Source: Octopus vulgaris
Lineage: Eukaryota
Length of the DNA stretch: 64,000 nucleotides
NCBI GenBank assembly: GCA_951406725.2
Contig: OX597814.1
Span: forward strand, 211,606,001-211,670,000
Direction: 5' to 3'
Of the stretch, positions 51,970 to 64,000 are shown one piece after another (position 1 is the first letter of the stretch; every line of letters starts with the position of its first letter). The notes beneath the pieces were generated by a model. The model did not search any database. It was not told the origin of the DNA and saw only the letters and a program-made list of their open reading frames with translations. A program made the position numbers and the translations under genes.

Positions 51970-52073
51970 TTTGTGATATTTTTGCTGCATTTAATTACAC
52001 ACTCACGCACACACATATATACAGACAGATAGGCACACACACACACACGCACACACACACACGCACACACACG

Positions 52074-52112
<39 letters not shown>

Positions 52113-52129
52113 ACATATATATATATATA

Positions 52130-53399
52130 CAGGGTGGGGAAGCAAAATTTACAATGAACGTTAAGTTGTCTTTTCTCAGAAGGCACTAAGTCAATTGTTT
52201 TGAAATCTAGCAGATATTGATCTCATAATCATACCTAACACTATTATCCTTATCTTTTCAGAAACTTTTGCCCATATGAGTAATCAGGAAAGCAAACGCC
52301 AAAGAGTGTGTGATTTTCTGAATGCACTCGTCACACCAAAGGAGATTTGAAGAATAGTTGGAGTGTCCATAAAGACTGTTTATAACGTAAAGAATAGAAT
52401 GACTATGAGCAAAACTATTACGAGGAAGTATGGAAGAGGAGGAATCAACAAAATACATATCAAAGCTTTTATTAAAGCTCTCAAATCTAAAATCCTAAAG
52501 GATCCAACCAAATCCATGAGAAAAATGGCAATTGAACTTGAGGTAGAAAACAAGACTATTAGAAATGCAGTAAAATATGATTTGAGGTTAAACTCTGACA
52601 CAAGAACACCAAAACACTTGTTGACAACAGCTATGAAGGAAAAGAGACTGGAAAGGTGCAAGAAAATTATTACGTGGTTCAAGAAAAAGTCCTCCACTGT
52701 AACGAACTTTTCATATGAAAAGATCTTCACTGTCGATGCTGTTCTGAACCGCAGAAATGACAGATTTATCGCAAGATCGACAGATGAGGTTAAGGGGACA
52801 TTCAAAACAAAAAAATCCTGTTCAGATTATGGCTTTTGGTATTAAGGCTTCCGATGAAAAGAAAATGCCTATACAATTCTACAAATCTGATGAAAAGATC
52901 AATGTTGATGCTTACTGCAAGACTCTGAGATACGATGTATTGCCATGGCTTAAAGCAAACTACCCAGATGGTAATTATTTATGGACACAGGATGGTGCTC
53001 CAACCAACACAGCTAGAAAAATACAAGATTTCTGCAAATCCAACTTGGGCAATTTTTGGGAATCATGTTTATGGCCGCCTTCTAGCCCAGATCTAAACCC
53101 TCTGGATTATGCTACTTGGGGTATTTTACAACATGCTACCAATACAACGTCACACAGCAATATCTTAAAGATACTATTAAAGAAGAATGGGAAAAGTTGT
53201 CTCCCGAATATTTGAGGAACACTTGTGCAAGTTTCAGGAAGAATGTGATGGCAATTACTGAGAAAGAAGAAGGACAGAATAAAAACATTTTCTATTACGT
53301 AAATTTTCTTGTGGCAAATGAATTCTCATGACTTTCAATAAACTAATTGGTCTTTCAAACCCTGCCTCAAAACATTGTAAATTTTGCTTCCCCACCCTG
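52130..53399 (+). mobile_element. full-length maT/DD37D Tc1/mariner transposon, inactivated
   Basis: Perfect 27-bp TIRs CAGGGTGGGGAAGCAAAATTTACAATG; QDGAP-to-NPLD spacing is 37 aa; first catalytic D appears as Y (FSYEK); frameshift near 52810 splits ORFs 52363-52845 and 52757-53215. Confidence 0.93.
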
Positions 53400-53467
53400 C
53401 ATATATATATATATATAATCAAAAAGGTAATAACATAGATTATTATTACCAGTGGCCTAGTAATAAT

Positions 53468-53508
<41 letters not shown>

Positions 53509-56212
53509 AGTGGCCTGGTAATAATATATATATATATATATATATACACGCATATAATATATATTTACGAATACACATACTCATTCTCTATTCCCATCAT
53601 CACAATTATATTTTACTCTCTATCTTTCTCTCTGTATCTTGGATTTCTTTTGTATAACTATTTATCAATCGGTCTTTAATTCCTGACCAGAACAATTAGG
53701 ATATATGTGCGTATTGTTGATGGAAATTGGAAAAAATGTTCGGTTGAACATAAATATACACATATATGAGTGTGTTCATAAGTGTGCAGCTTGTGTGTTA
53801 TTGTGCGGTTATGCGTGCCCGTGTGCCCGTGCGTATGTGTGTGTGTGTGTGTGTGTGTGTGCATACCATAAAAGCATATTTCATACCAGAATTCTGTTTC
53901 CTCTTGAATTTCCTTTTTTTCATGTTGCCGCACGTCTTCACAATTTACCTTATTTCTTGTCTTATTCTAATCATTATCTTCGTCTACACTCTCAGGTAAA
54001 ACGTTGGGCCAATTTTCTTTAATGGGAATTAGCTCGTTTTATCGATTTCTAATCACCCGATGTAGAGTGCAAAAGACCTATTTTCGTGTTGCTGTATTTT
54101 CAAGAATTACCTTTGTAGATTTTTTCTCAGCTCGTCTTGTTTTCCTTATCCTTGTTCACTCACTGCTTGAATCTACTTTATTAACTTCACATATTCACTA
54201 TATGCTCTATTATTTATCCTTCTAGTACCTTTCTTAATCATTATTTCTGTATACAATCCCCACTGTTTTTTCTATCTAAATTAAAATGTACCTTCAGCTC
54301 ATTGTTTTTTAATGACTTCGTATACCCTCGATGCCATACAAGAATTAATGCCTCTGACATTTTCCGCATTTCTCTTTCTTAATTACCCCTCCATTATTCA
54401 TTGATGTTTCTTTTGCTATTTTATCAGGTTTCACATCTAATACCGTCTTTATTGTCGAGTTCCATCTTTCCTCTTTCCATATCTTATAATTTATTAACCA
54501 TCTGCTAGCTTGTTTCCAGCCCGGTTACCCTATTTTTGGCTAACTACTGACTCATCTCAATTTGTAAGATTAAAAAAAACCCATTTATTTAATGCATCTT
54601 ACCCACTGTAATTTTCCCTTCTCTCCCAGACCTCTCTCGATATAACTACAAGACTTTGATCATTCAAAGGAACGCAATTTTTCTGTAAATTTATTACCCA
54701 CATCATTGCATAATTTCCTGTATATATAACCTTTATAACTCGCACATTTGCCTAAATAATACTCTGGAATATTGTTTTCATAAATATAGTTTGCAGAGTG
54801 ACTTACGGTCGCTTTTTAAAATTTAGCTACAATATCATTTCATTGAATTAATTCCAATCATACAAAATCAATCCAGCAAATACCGCGGCCGCATAGTTTT
54901 CTGATGAATGTGTCGGTATGATATTAATCCGGAACACTCAAATTAATTTGTTCATTTAACTCGTAACTTCTGGCAGACTGACGTTATACAGACATCAGGA
55001 CAATATCCGATGAAGATATGTGCATGTGATTTTTGCACACATGGAATGCGTGCGTATATTAATTCGTGGTAGAGTGTGACTTCACAAGCCAATGCAATCA
55101 TTTTATCAATGCCACAGCAGTATAATGTTGCATACATGCTCGATAACCATATAGACTGAGAAGAAATATACAGTTATATGCTTACGTGTATAAGTACACA
55201 CGCAAGTGTGTGTGCGCGCGCATGCATAAATACTTTCTATTAAATCCCTGGCCAGTGAAGGATTCGGTAGTTAGTCGTATGTGTATAGTCACACTGTTTT
55301 CGGTAACAAATAAAATCTGTTACTTATTGCCACTATATACGAGATGTGAAAGGTCTTTTCTATATGTCGTTTTCTCTCCCTCTCTCTTTCCCTGTTTCTC
55401 TTTCTTTCTTAATCTATCTCTCTCTCACGCAAGTTCTCTCTCCCTCTCTCTCGTGCTCACAATGTCACTCATTCTCTCTCTCAAACACTCTCTTTTTATA
55501 CGTGTATTTTTGTATGCTGAGTAGTGTTTAGCTGGACCAGACAATTTCTGGTCGCCTTCTTCGATTATTATACGTACATGCATGCAGGCATTTATATGTG
55601 TGTGTGTGTGTGTGTGTGTGTTTGTATTTTTATCTGGTTTGCCAGATTCTCTATTTGAAATCGTGTTTTGAAACACTTTGTTGTGACTGGTGAGAGTCAT
55701 GCACGTGTGTATTAATAAATAGACTGATAAACATATATATATTTTTTTTTAGTTTATATAAACACATTGACATACGCATTTTCTAGTGTATATATATGTA
55801 TGTGTGGGTGTGTGTTTGTGCGTCTGTGTCTATTTGTGTGTGTGCGTGTGTATGTGTACAGGAACTTGCATAGTACAAGTGAACTCAAGACTATGAGATC
55901 TGCCTAAATTGCATTGATTTTTTACAGGTGACATAGCCGAAAAGAGCTGGATTATTAATATAAGTCGTTTTATGTACACGTTGCAGTGCTGTCTTATATG
56001 TTAAATATTGTAAGATCTCGCGTAACCACCAGTATTATAAAATATTCAAGAGAATCAAGCCTTACACATCAACGCGTTTGCGATAGATATATGTTCATAT
56101 ATAAGAGCAGAGAAAAAAGGGAAATCAGTGTAGAAATATAATGTCAATAAAGAAATAGTTTTTTTGTGTTTGTTTTTAATATAATAAAAGAAAACTCAAA
56201 CGTGAAGCTTAC

Positions 56213-56608
56213 ACATTGCTCTGCTGTCTCTTCTGTGATATATGGAATTGGTGCTAGTCTCCAAATTCTGCCAACTCGTTAATGTTCGTCGACTTTTTGG
56301 TGGTCGCTCGGAAACTTTGTAATACAATTGTCATTGGCTTAGTAAAAAGCTGACCTTTTGGATCGCATACAGGATGTTTAGTCGAGGGGCGCTGTTTTTA
56401 ACTGAAGTTCAGGCGATGTCTGTAGAGAATACGCAAGACAAGTGTTGTGTGTCTATGCAGATAAACACCATATTTGAATCGTGTGTCCAGATAATGGGCC
56501 CTTTCAAAGACTTGCAATCTTCGGTCAGCCTTCATGATGTTGCAATTGGCGTTATGAGTAACATGTTGACGTACGTCCATGTTGTTATGGTTAAGATGGG
56601 GGTCACCA
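56213..56608 (-). other. candidate spliced, probably non-coding exon
   Basis: Pyrimidine-rich acceptor ATTCTCTGTTGTATAG and donor GTAAGC; complex sequence; stops in all three frames. Confidence 0.3.
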
Positions 56609-56951
56609 CTATACAACAGAGAATATGACAGCAAATATAATGATGCATAGTTTATTTTGTATAGTATTGTAACACGTGTGTTCACCAGCGTAACAATACA
56701 TTATTTACTTGTTGGCTGCTATACAGACAAAAAAAAACAAAACCGGGTGAAATCCAAATACAAAGATATTTATAGGAAGTCCGTGTGTCTATGATAGAGG
56801 TGTGCCTCAGCTAATGTAGCGGATTGCTGAAATCGTCAAAGTTCGTAGCGGGGTTTTATCTCATATGTGCATGTAACAAGTTGGCTGCAGCTGTGTTACG
56901 AAAACTAGTCAGCTGCCAGACGGAGTAATTACATTATCTATATAATATATC

Positions 56952-57255
56952 GTGGAGGCGCAATGGCCTAGTGGTTAGGGCAGCGGACTCGCGGTCGTAG
57001 GATCGCGGTTTCGATTCCCAGACCGGGCGTTGTGAGTGTTTATTGAGCGAAAACACCTAAAAGCTCCACGATGCTCCGGCAGGGGATGGTGGTGATCCCT
57101 GCTGTATTCTTTCACCACTCTTTCTCTCACTCTTCTGTTGGCCTGTTCGCTTAGCCAGCGGGGTGGCGTCATTCTAAGGTTAAAACAATGCGAACGCATT
57201 GTAACCAGCGATGTGTAAAACATCTGATGGTCTGGTCGGTCACGGTGATCACGTG
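56952..57255 (+). mobile_element. tRNA-derived SINE family D, 12-bp TSD
   Basis: TGGCCTAGTGG A box, GGTTTCGATTCC B box; ATATAATATATC at 56940-56951 and 57256-57267. Confidence 0.88.
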
Positions 57256-57695
57256 ATATAATATATCTATGTCTAATTATCTCTAAATTTGTACCAATGA
57301 AAGGGTGCCAAATACAAAGCCATTAATGACCGTTGAAATATGTTATCTACAACTGTGATTCTAACAAGTAAAGCAAATGTTAAGGTAAGCGCAAATAGGT
57401 TGGTTGGTTCTCGCCGTATGAACATACTTGTATCGTTTCAATTCCCAAGCGGTAGGTTGATGTGTTTGATTCGCTTCTTATATTCGTCATACATACATAT
57501 GTCTGCTTGTATACACCATAACAGCATGTATATATATACACAACTATACACACTGCATGGACCACGTCCTCGCATTGTTGCTTTTCTTGTTTTTGTTCAT
57601 TGTATTTGGGGAATTTACTACATATATATATATATATATACATATATATACATATATATATTCATATATATACATATGCACATACACACACAAAC

Positions 57696-57736
<41 letters not shown>

Positions 57737-57740
<4 letters not shown>

Positions 57741-57935
57741 TAATCCAAACATGAAAACACAAAGAGAAAACACTACAACATGATAACGTGGAACGAATAT
57801 AGTATTATTGGACGCTCAGGAAGGAAGGGAAGAAGGAGAGTTTTACGTTTCGAGCGGAGCTCTTCGTCAGGAACATAGAAAAGGGAAAGATACAGAGAAG
57901 GGAAGACGGAGGAAACAAAATCGCCACCGGTACAC
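57737..57935 (-). repeat. repeat family H2 with a canonical-core hammerhead-like motif (57840-57874)
   Basis: Minus strand GTTC-CTGACGA-A-GAGC TCC GCTC-GAAA-C-GTA-AAAC; homologous to 11360-11575. Confidence 0.7.
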
Positions 57936-57941
57936 ACACAT

Positions 57942-58012
<71 letters not shown>

Positions 58013-58013
58013 T

Positions 58014-58054
<41 letters not shown>

Positions 58055-58055
<1 letters not shown>

Positions 58056-58237
58056 GGAGAGAATTCACGGGAAAAACAAAAGACAAAGACAGGTGGTGTA
58101 GACAACAAACAACTACATTAATTTAACGCTCGGGAAGTGAAAAAGTCTTTAACGTTTCGAGCTATGCTCTTCCACAGAAGGGAAAACAGAAAGAAACAAT
58201 GAGAGAAAATAAAGAATGTGTAATGGCTAGACGCTCA
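58055..58237 (-). repeat. repeat family H1 with a hammerhead-like motif (58147-58181)
   Basis: Minus strand CCTT-CTGTGGA-A-GAGC ATA GCTC-GAAA-C-GTT-AAAG. Confidence 0.7.
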
Positions 58238-58261
58238 TAAACACACACACACAAACACACA

Positions 58262-58348
<87 letters not shown>

Positions 58349-59073
58349 ATATAAAGATAGAGAGATAGATATATAGATAGATATGTAGATAGATATAAAT
58401 CATAAATATGCGTTCGCGTGTTTGTGAATAGGTGTACGTATTTTTATGTGTGTTTGCAAGTGTGTGATTTTTTTTGCATGATAGACTATTACATTGTTAT
58501 AAACGAAATTACAAGAAAATGATAAAAAGAAGTCCAATTATGAAATGCGAGATGGAACTGTGAGAACAAAAATGAGAGACGATAGAAAAATATATATTGA
58601 AAAAGATTGTTGTTGATGAAATTATCACGTTGAACAGCAAGAAGATACGGAATGACTAAAGAACTTCCAATGGAAATACGAAGAAATAAAAACAGGAACA
58701 GCAGCAAATTCATAACAATAAAAATATAAAATAATAGATTAGCAAAAAACAGAAACTGAAGTAAATAAATATGGGAAATTATCAAAGCAAAATTAGTTGT
58801 GAAAAAGGGAAAAAAGTAATAAATCTTCATCCAGGCAAAAATTGTAAATAAACAAAATTAAAAACAACGAAATAAAAAGCAATATGCATTATATTTTCTC
58901 CTCGGAACAAAAAAGCGGTGTTTACATACACACCGGCTCGCGCACGAGAATGAGGTGTATGTGTATATTTAAATTATATAAATACATACACACATACATA
59001 TATAAACACATGCATACACGCACACGTATATACATACTTATATATGTACATGTATATTTGCATATATACATGA

Positions 59074-59127
<54 letters not shown>

Positions 59128-59670
59128 GTATGTATATATATGTATATATATGTATGCGCATATACATATATGTAAATATATATATATATAGGTGTGTGTG
59201 TGTGTACGTGTGTTTTTGTTTCGGTTTGTGCATACATATATACATCAAGGAAAGGAATGTAGCTATCAAAGTATGTAATAATGAATCAGTTCCCGCAACT
59301 GTAAGTATAATAGCAGCAACACCAGGGAGATAAAAGGCAGGTTATAGTATTAGCAAAGAAATAAATAGATACATAAATAAACAAGCAAAGTAATATGAAA
59401 AAATTATACTAAAATATAAAGTAAAGAAATGCGCTCGCAAAATTAGAGACAAGCGTATTAAAGAATACGGACAGAAGCAACAAACATTGGCATAGAGTAA
59501 AAATAATGCATCATTAGTGCAAGAAAATAGACAGATATGCGGAGTTGCACAGGAAACGGAATGATGATACATACACGCATATATGTATACGTGTATGTAT
59601 GTATATATGTATATATATATATATATAGCATAGCCACAGCTCGTGAGCGGAAACTAGATAAAATAAAATA

Positions 59671-59706
<36 letters not shown>

Positions 59707-59708
59707 AA

Positions 59709-59776
<68 letters not shown>

Positions 59777-62493
59777 TATATACATGTACTGTGTCGTAGA
59801 AATAGATTCTCATAAATTTCAGCTGCAAACGATGCCAGCATGCTGACAGATCTGTTGTTCTGGCTGATTTTCTCCTCCTGAGTAGTAGATAAATCGGACT
59901 GGCAGCAACGTGACGACTTTTGAATCTTATTGCTTCTTCACACACAAAAAGTAGAACATATTTCTCCAAGATAGCATCGAATGTTACGTCCATACCATAC
60001 ATATATAAACACACGCACACATGAATACATACATAATACATACACACATACACATATGTTTTTGTACGGGTGAACTCTTTGGCAACGAAGTAGTACATCT
60101 TTAAACATTTGAAACAATGTAATTGAATATGAAGTAGTAGTTGTGATTTGGCGTCTTTTCGCTACTTTTAACTTGTTATTCTGCACAAATGTAACTTTCA
60201 TTTATCTCTAAAATAATCGTTTCTTATGTTTCAAATAATCCTTGATTGCTAAAGCAAGAGAAACGATTACCTTAAATACATAGTACAAATATTCTTAATT
60301 GGATCAACATAGATATTAAGTAGATAATTTTGAAATATAATAATACGAAATTAAATCAAATTAAACATTACTGGTGACAATTGTGGTGAGATTTAATATG
60401 ATAGTGTGTGTGAAACCATTCAAATTAATATGCGCATATAATGTAATACATAATGTGATACATAACTGCTGAACAAAATATATACAAGTGTTATTATAGT
60501 AATGTTTATATATGTATTCACGCTCATATTTGCATCGACAAACTTGCAATGTGAAACATTTACATTCATCCATACGTATGTATACGTATAACTATTTATA
60601 CAGAAACATTTGTGTATGTATGTGTATATGTGTGTCTGTTTTGCGTTTTCGTATCTCCATCACTGATTGACTCATGCGCACTTACCACAATATTTCATCC
60701 TGGAATAAATCTGATAAGGTGGACATTTGAAATTTTCAAGATGGTCATAACGATTGAAGAGGATTGGTGATTCCTTGCATAACGAAATGATTTCTAAGAC
60801 TCAAATGTTTTAAGATACAATTACTATGAATTATTTTGTACCCCACCATGTAGCTTCCTCCAGAAATCCACATCTGTATCCTGACTGTGTAATGTTATAA
60901 TAGATTCCATTACGAATATTCAAAACTCTTCTCATGAAATCTTGAAATGAAGTCGCAACTTAAAGAGAATTTGCAGACTGGAGCGTTCAGGTCAACTGAT
61001 GCTCACACTTTATGATCTTCCAGTGAATCGGTTGCAAAATTTATCAGTTTAACCTTCCACAAGCGCATCTTGTTTTTATTCCTTTTATTGTCATGTTGGT
61101 AAAGAAAATAAAAAAAAATATGTGATTTAATTTCTGCTACTGACGCGTGTGCTAATTTAGTAAGAATACAAACTTACATTTCACGTTTTTCTTGTTTTTT
61201 TTCTGGTTTTTTTTTTTGTCCTCGGCTGTTATTTTCACAGAGAGAAAAGGAAACAAACAGAAGCAGACATGAAAAACAGAAGTTTAACGCAAGAAAGAAA
61301 CGCAGGCTCTTAGCGATATTGCAGGAGATTTCCCGCCTTAAGAGAAAGGCGGTAAATGGCAACACAGTCAATAAGAATAAAGGAGTGAAATAGTAAAACA
61401 GTTTATTTAAAACTGTGGGACAGCGACTAAAGAGAGATAGCTACAAAAAAATATAATAATGAAAGATGTAGAAGAGAAGATACGCGTAACAAGTACAAAC
61501 TTTAATAGATATATATGTTTGAGGTGTGTAGCTCCAATGAACTATCTACTTTGGTATGTGAGAATAATTAGATATTATTGGAGGATATATATTTTTATCT
61601 ATAGATTTTTAATAACTTAAATACAAGTGCTCAACAGTAATAATATGTAAAGCGGTTGTCTAATGAATTTAGGTAGAGCTGCAGTAAACAAATACACACA
61701 CACACACTTGCCCGCGCACACAAAGAAACGTTTATGTCGCTTTGTGACAGCTGACTTAGTCGAGGTATGTGACATGTATTCTGTCGCACATCATACAACC
61801 CATGTCAAGTTATCAGCAGTATTTCTTTCGGAACTCAGGATCCCATGTAATATTGTATTTACTTTGAATGTTAACAACATTACACATTTTGGTGCATGTG
61901 AAAATATTCACTTATTTTATGTCGGAATACATATTACCGGAATTTTAGACACAGAGCTTATGCGTTAAGCATAAACGAACTGTTGTTTACGTACAAGGAC
62001 AAAACTGCGCATCCTTCCTAATATACATATCCTTTTCCCAAAATAAATCTGGGTCATTCGTAGTATATTCACTATGAAACACTGAAAAACCTGTGAAAAG
62101 AAAGAAAGACATACAAAAATAATTTTATACTTTAAGCAGCCTTATTAAATATAGCTACGATGTGTGAACATGATCGTCAATAATCATAAAGGATTTTCTC
62201 TAAAAATTAGTCAGTAATGAAATCACATACACTTACGTAAATACATGCGTGCGTGTGTGAGTATGTGTGTGAGTGTATGTATGTATGTGTGTGTGTGTGT
62301 CTGTGTGTCTGGGTGAGTATTCATGCATACGTATGTTTGTGTGGTTATGAGCGTAAGCTTAAGTGACACAGACCATATGTAGGAATAAGTGAAATGTAAT
62401 ACAAGTTGTCTATGTTTCAAAGAAACGCGCACACACACACATTTTCACACCTGTGTGTATGTGTTTGTGTGTGTGTGTGTGTACGCGCGCGCA

Positions 62494-62658
62494 GGCGTGG
62501 CTGCATGGCGAGAAGCTTCCTTCCAAACCACACTGTTCCGGTTTCAGTCCCACTGCGTGGCATCTTGTGCAAGTGCCTTCTCCTATTGCCGCAGGGTGAC
62601 CAAAGCTTTCCCAATGGATTTGGCAGACGGAAACTGAGAGAAGCGTGTCGTATATATA

Positions 62659-62720
<62 letters not shown>

Positions 62721-62875
62721 TGTGTGTGTGTCTTTTTATGTGTTTTGCCCCCAACACCTTTGCTTGGCACCCGGTGATGGTGTGTTTACATTCACGAAAC
62801 AGAAGTTCGGCAAAAAACAATGATACAGTAAGTACCAAGCTTTAAAATAGTAAGCTCTGGTGGCGATACATTCGA
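62494..62875 (+). mobile_element. SINE family A, diverged
   Basis: CAGTCCCACTGCGTGGCATCTTG..GACGGAAACTGA, internal (TA)n. Confidence 0.8.
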
Positions 62876-64000
62876 GCAGCGTATGTTCTCTAATATTTTT
62901 AACGTGTTTTTTTATATTGCTTTAATTTTATTTTGGGTTACCTTTATACTTGTTTTATAATATTTATTATCGTTACAGTATTATGATTTTCTGTGTTACG
63001 TGATGTTACTTCATTTTCAGAAATCAGTTTACAAATTCCTTATTAGGATCACGCTACATCTTTCATCATTAAAAGCACTGCTTTCTCTAAAATTTTCACC
63101 CGTCCAAATTACTTTTTTTATACCGTCATACATTCGTAAGAAACTGCTCTAGTGAATTGACATTTGTCCATCAATTTTTACTTAGTTATGCTTAATTCAG
63201 CTATTTCAGAACATGCCCCTCGAGTATTCCGAAGTATATCATTGGCTGTATATTTAATAAAATGTATTTCTGAATAGCTCAAGAGCGGAGTATATACTCA
63301 TTTAAGTCCAATTAACTACAAATATTACCCGAATATCATTCTGCTATTACTTCTGTACAATTTTGGTCTTCATCTATAATTGTGTGTGCATTTTATTCCG
63401 ACCTAACTAGGTGCCTAACCTTTAAGTATCTTGTTCAATTGAATCTTTCTATATTATATACACACACACACACATTTATATACATACATACAATAAGATT
63501 TTATAATAACATATTAACACATTAAGTTATACTAAATATATTATAGTACAGGTAGCCATAGCAATTAAAATAACAAATGCAAAATTAATAAACAAGGATG
63601 CAATATAGCACATAGAAATTGCTAGAAACGAGAACCCAAATTTAACTCATATAACCACCGAAAAGCACTAATCGCATGAAATATTTGGGATCGCGAGTAG
63701 CAAGTCACAGCACCTTTCTTTTGCGAGATACATTCCCAGAATGAAGTAGTGTGGTAAAACATTCTTACGTGATTTCGAAATTTGATTCACAAGATATTGT
63801 TTCTTGTCAGAGGTTTCCACAATTACTCTGGGTTAAGAGATATTCAAAACGGTTAAAATGTATAGTAACATAAACAAGATATTGTAATAATATGTTAATA
63901 TATATTAAACACATTATAATATAGGTGACCATAACAATTAAAACAAAAAATGTAAGATTAATAAATGAGGCTCCAAAATAGCACCTACAATTTCTAGAAA

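Larger units (their letters stand above)
50950..51997. repeat. about 1-kb fold-back element, family H3, with a hammerhead-like motif in each arm
   Basis: CTGTTACTCAGAGTTTCACGTT vs AACGTGAAACTCTGAGTAACAG; ACACATTTGAAAATGGTTTTGTTT vs AAACAAAACCATTTTCAAATGTGT; centre near 51560-51590. Confidence 0.85.

Noticed and set aside
56952-57030. tRNA-like sequence (also 7975-8050)
   Set aside because: These are SINE heads followed by SINE bodies and flanked by TSDs, with no clean cloverleaf

Overview
Eukaryotic, AT-rich, microsatellite-saturated DNA. The SINE repertoire points to a cephalopod, probably Octopus (inference from recalled repeat families, not a search). The window is mostly repeats. It holds an apparently intact 1410-aa single-ORF non-LTR retrotransposon (Myb/SANT-like + 2 CCCH + APE + RT) and a stack of R4/Dong-like RLE-LINE 3' fragments in (TAA)n. 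It also holds a decayed Tx1/L1-type LINE, at least four tRNA-derived SINE families, three decayed Tc1/mariner elements, MITEs, two non-autonomous Helitrons and several long palindromes. The most unusual signal is seven minimal type-I hammerhead-ribozyme-like motifs in three short repeat families (Penelope pLTR/retrozyme-like), several with recurring non-canonical cores. No host gene is confidently identified; there are only candidate exons near 36.7 kb (+) and 56-61 kb (-). Most ORFs in the track are microsatellite artefacts. Boundaries were read by eye and are approximate unless TSDs or TIRs are quoted.
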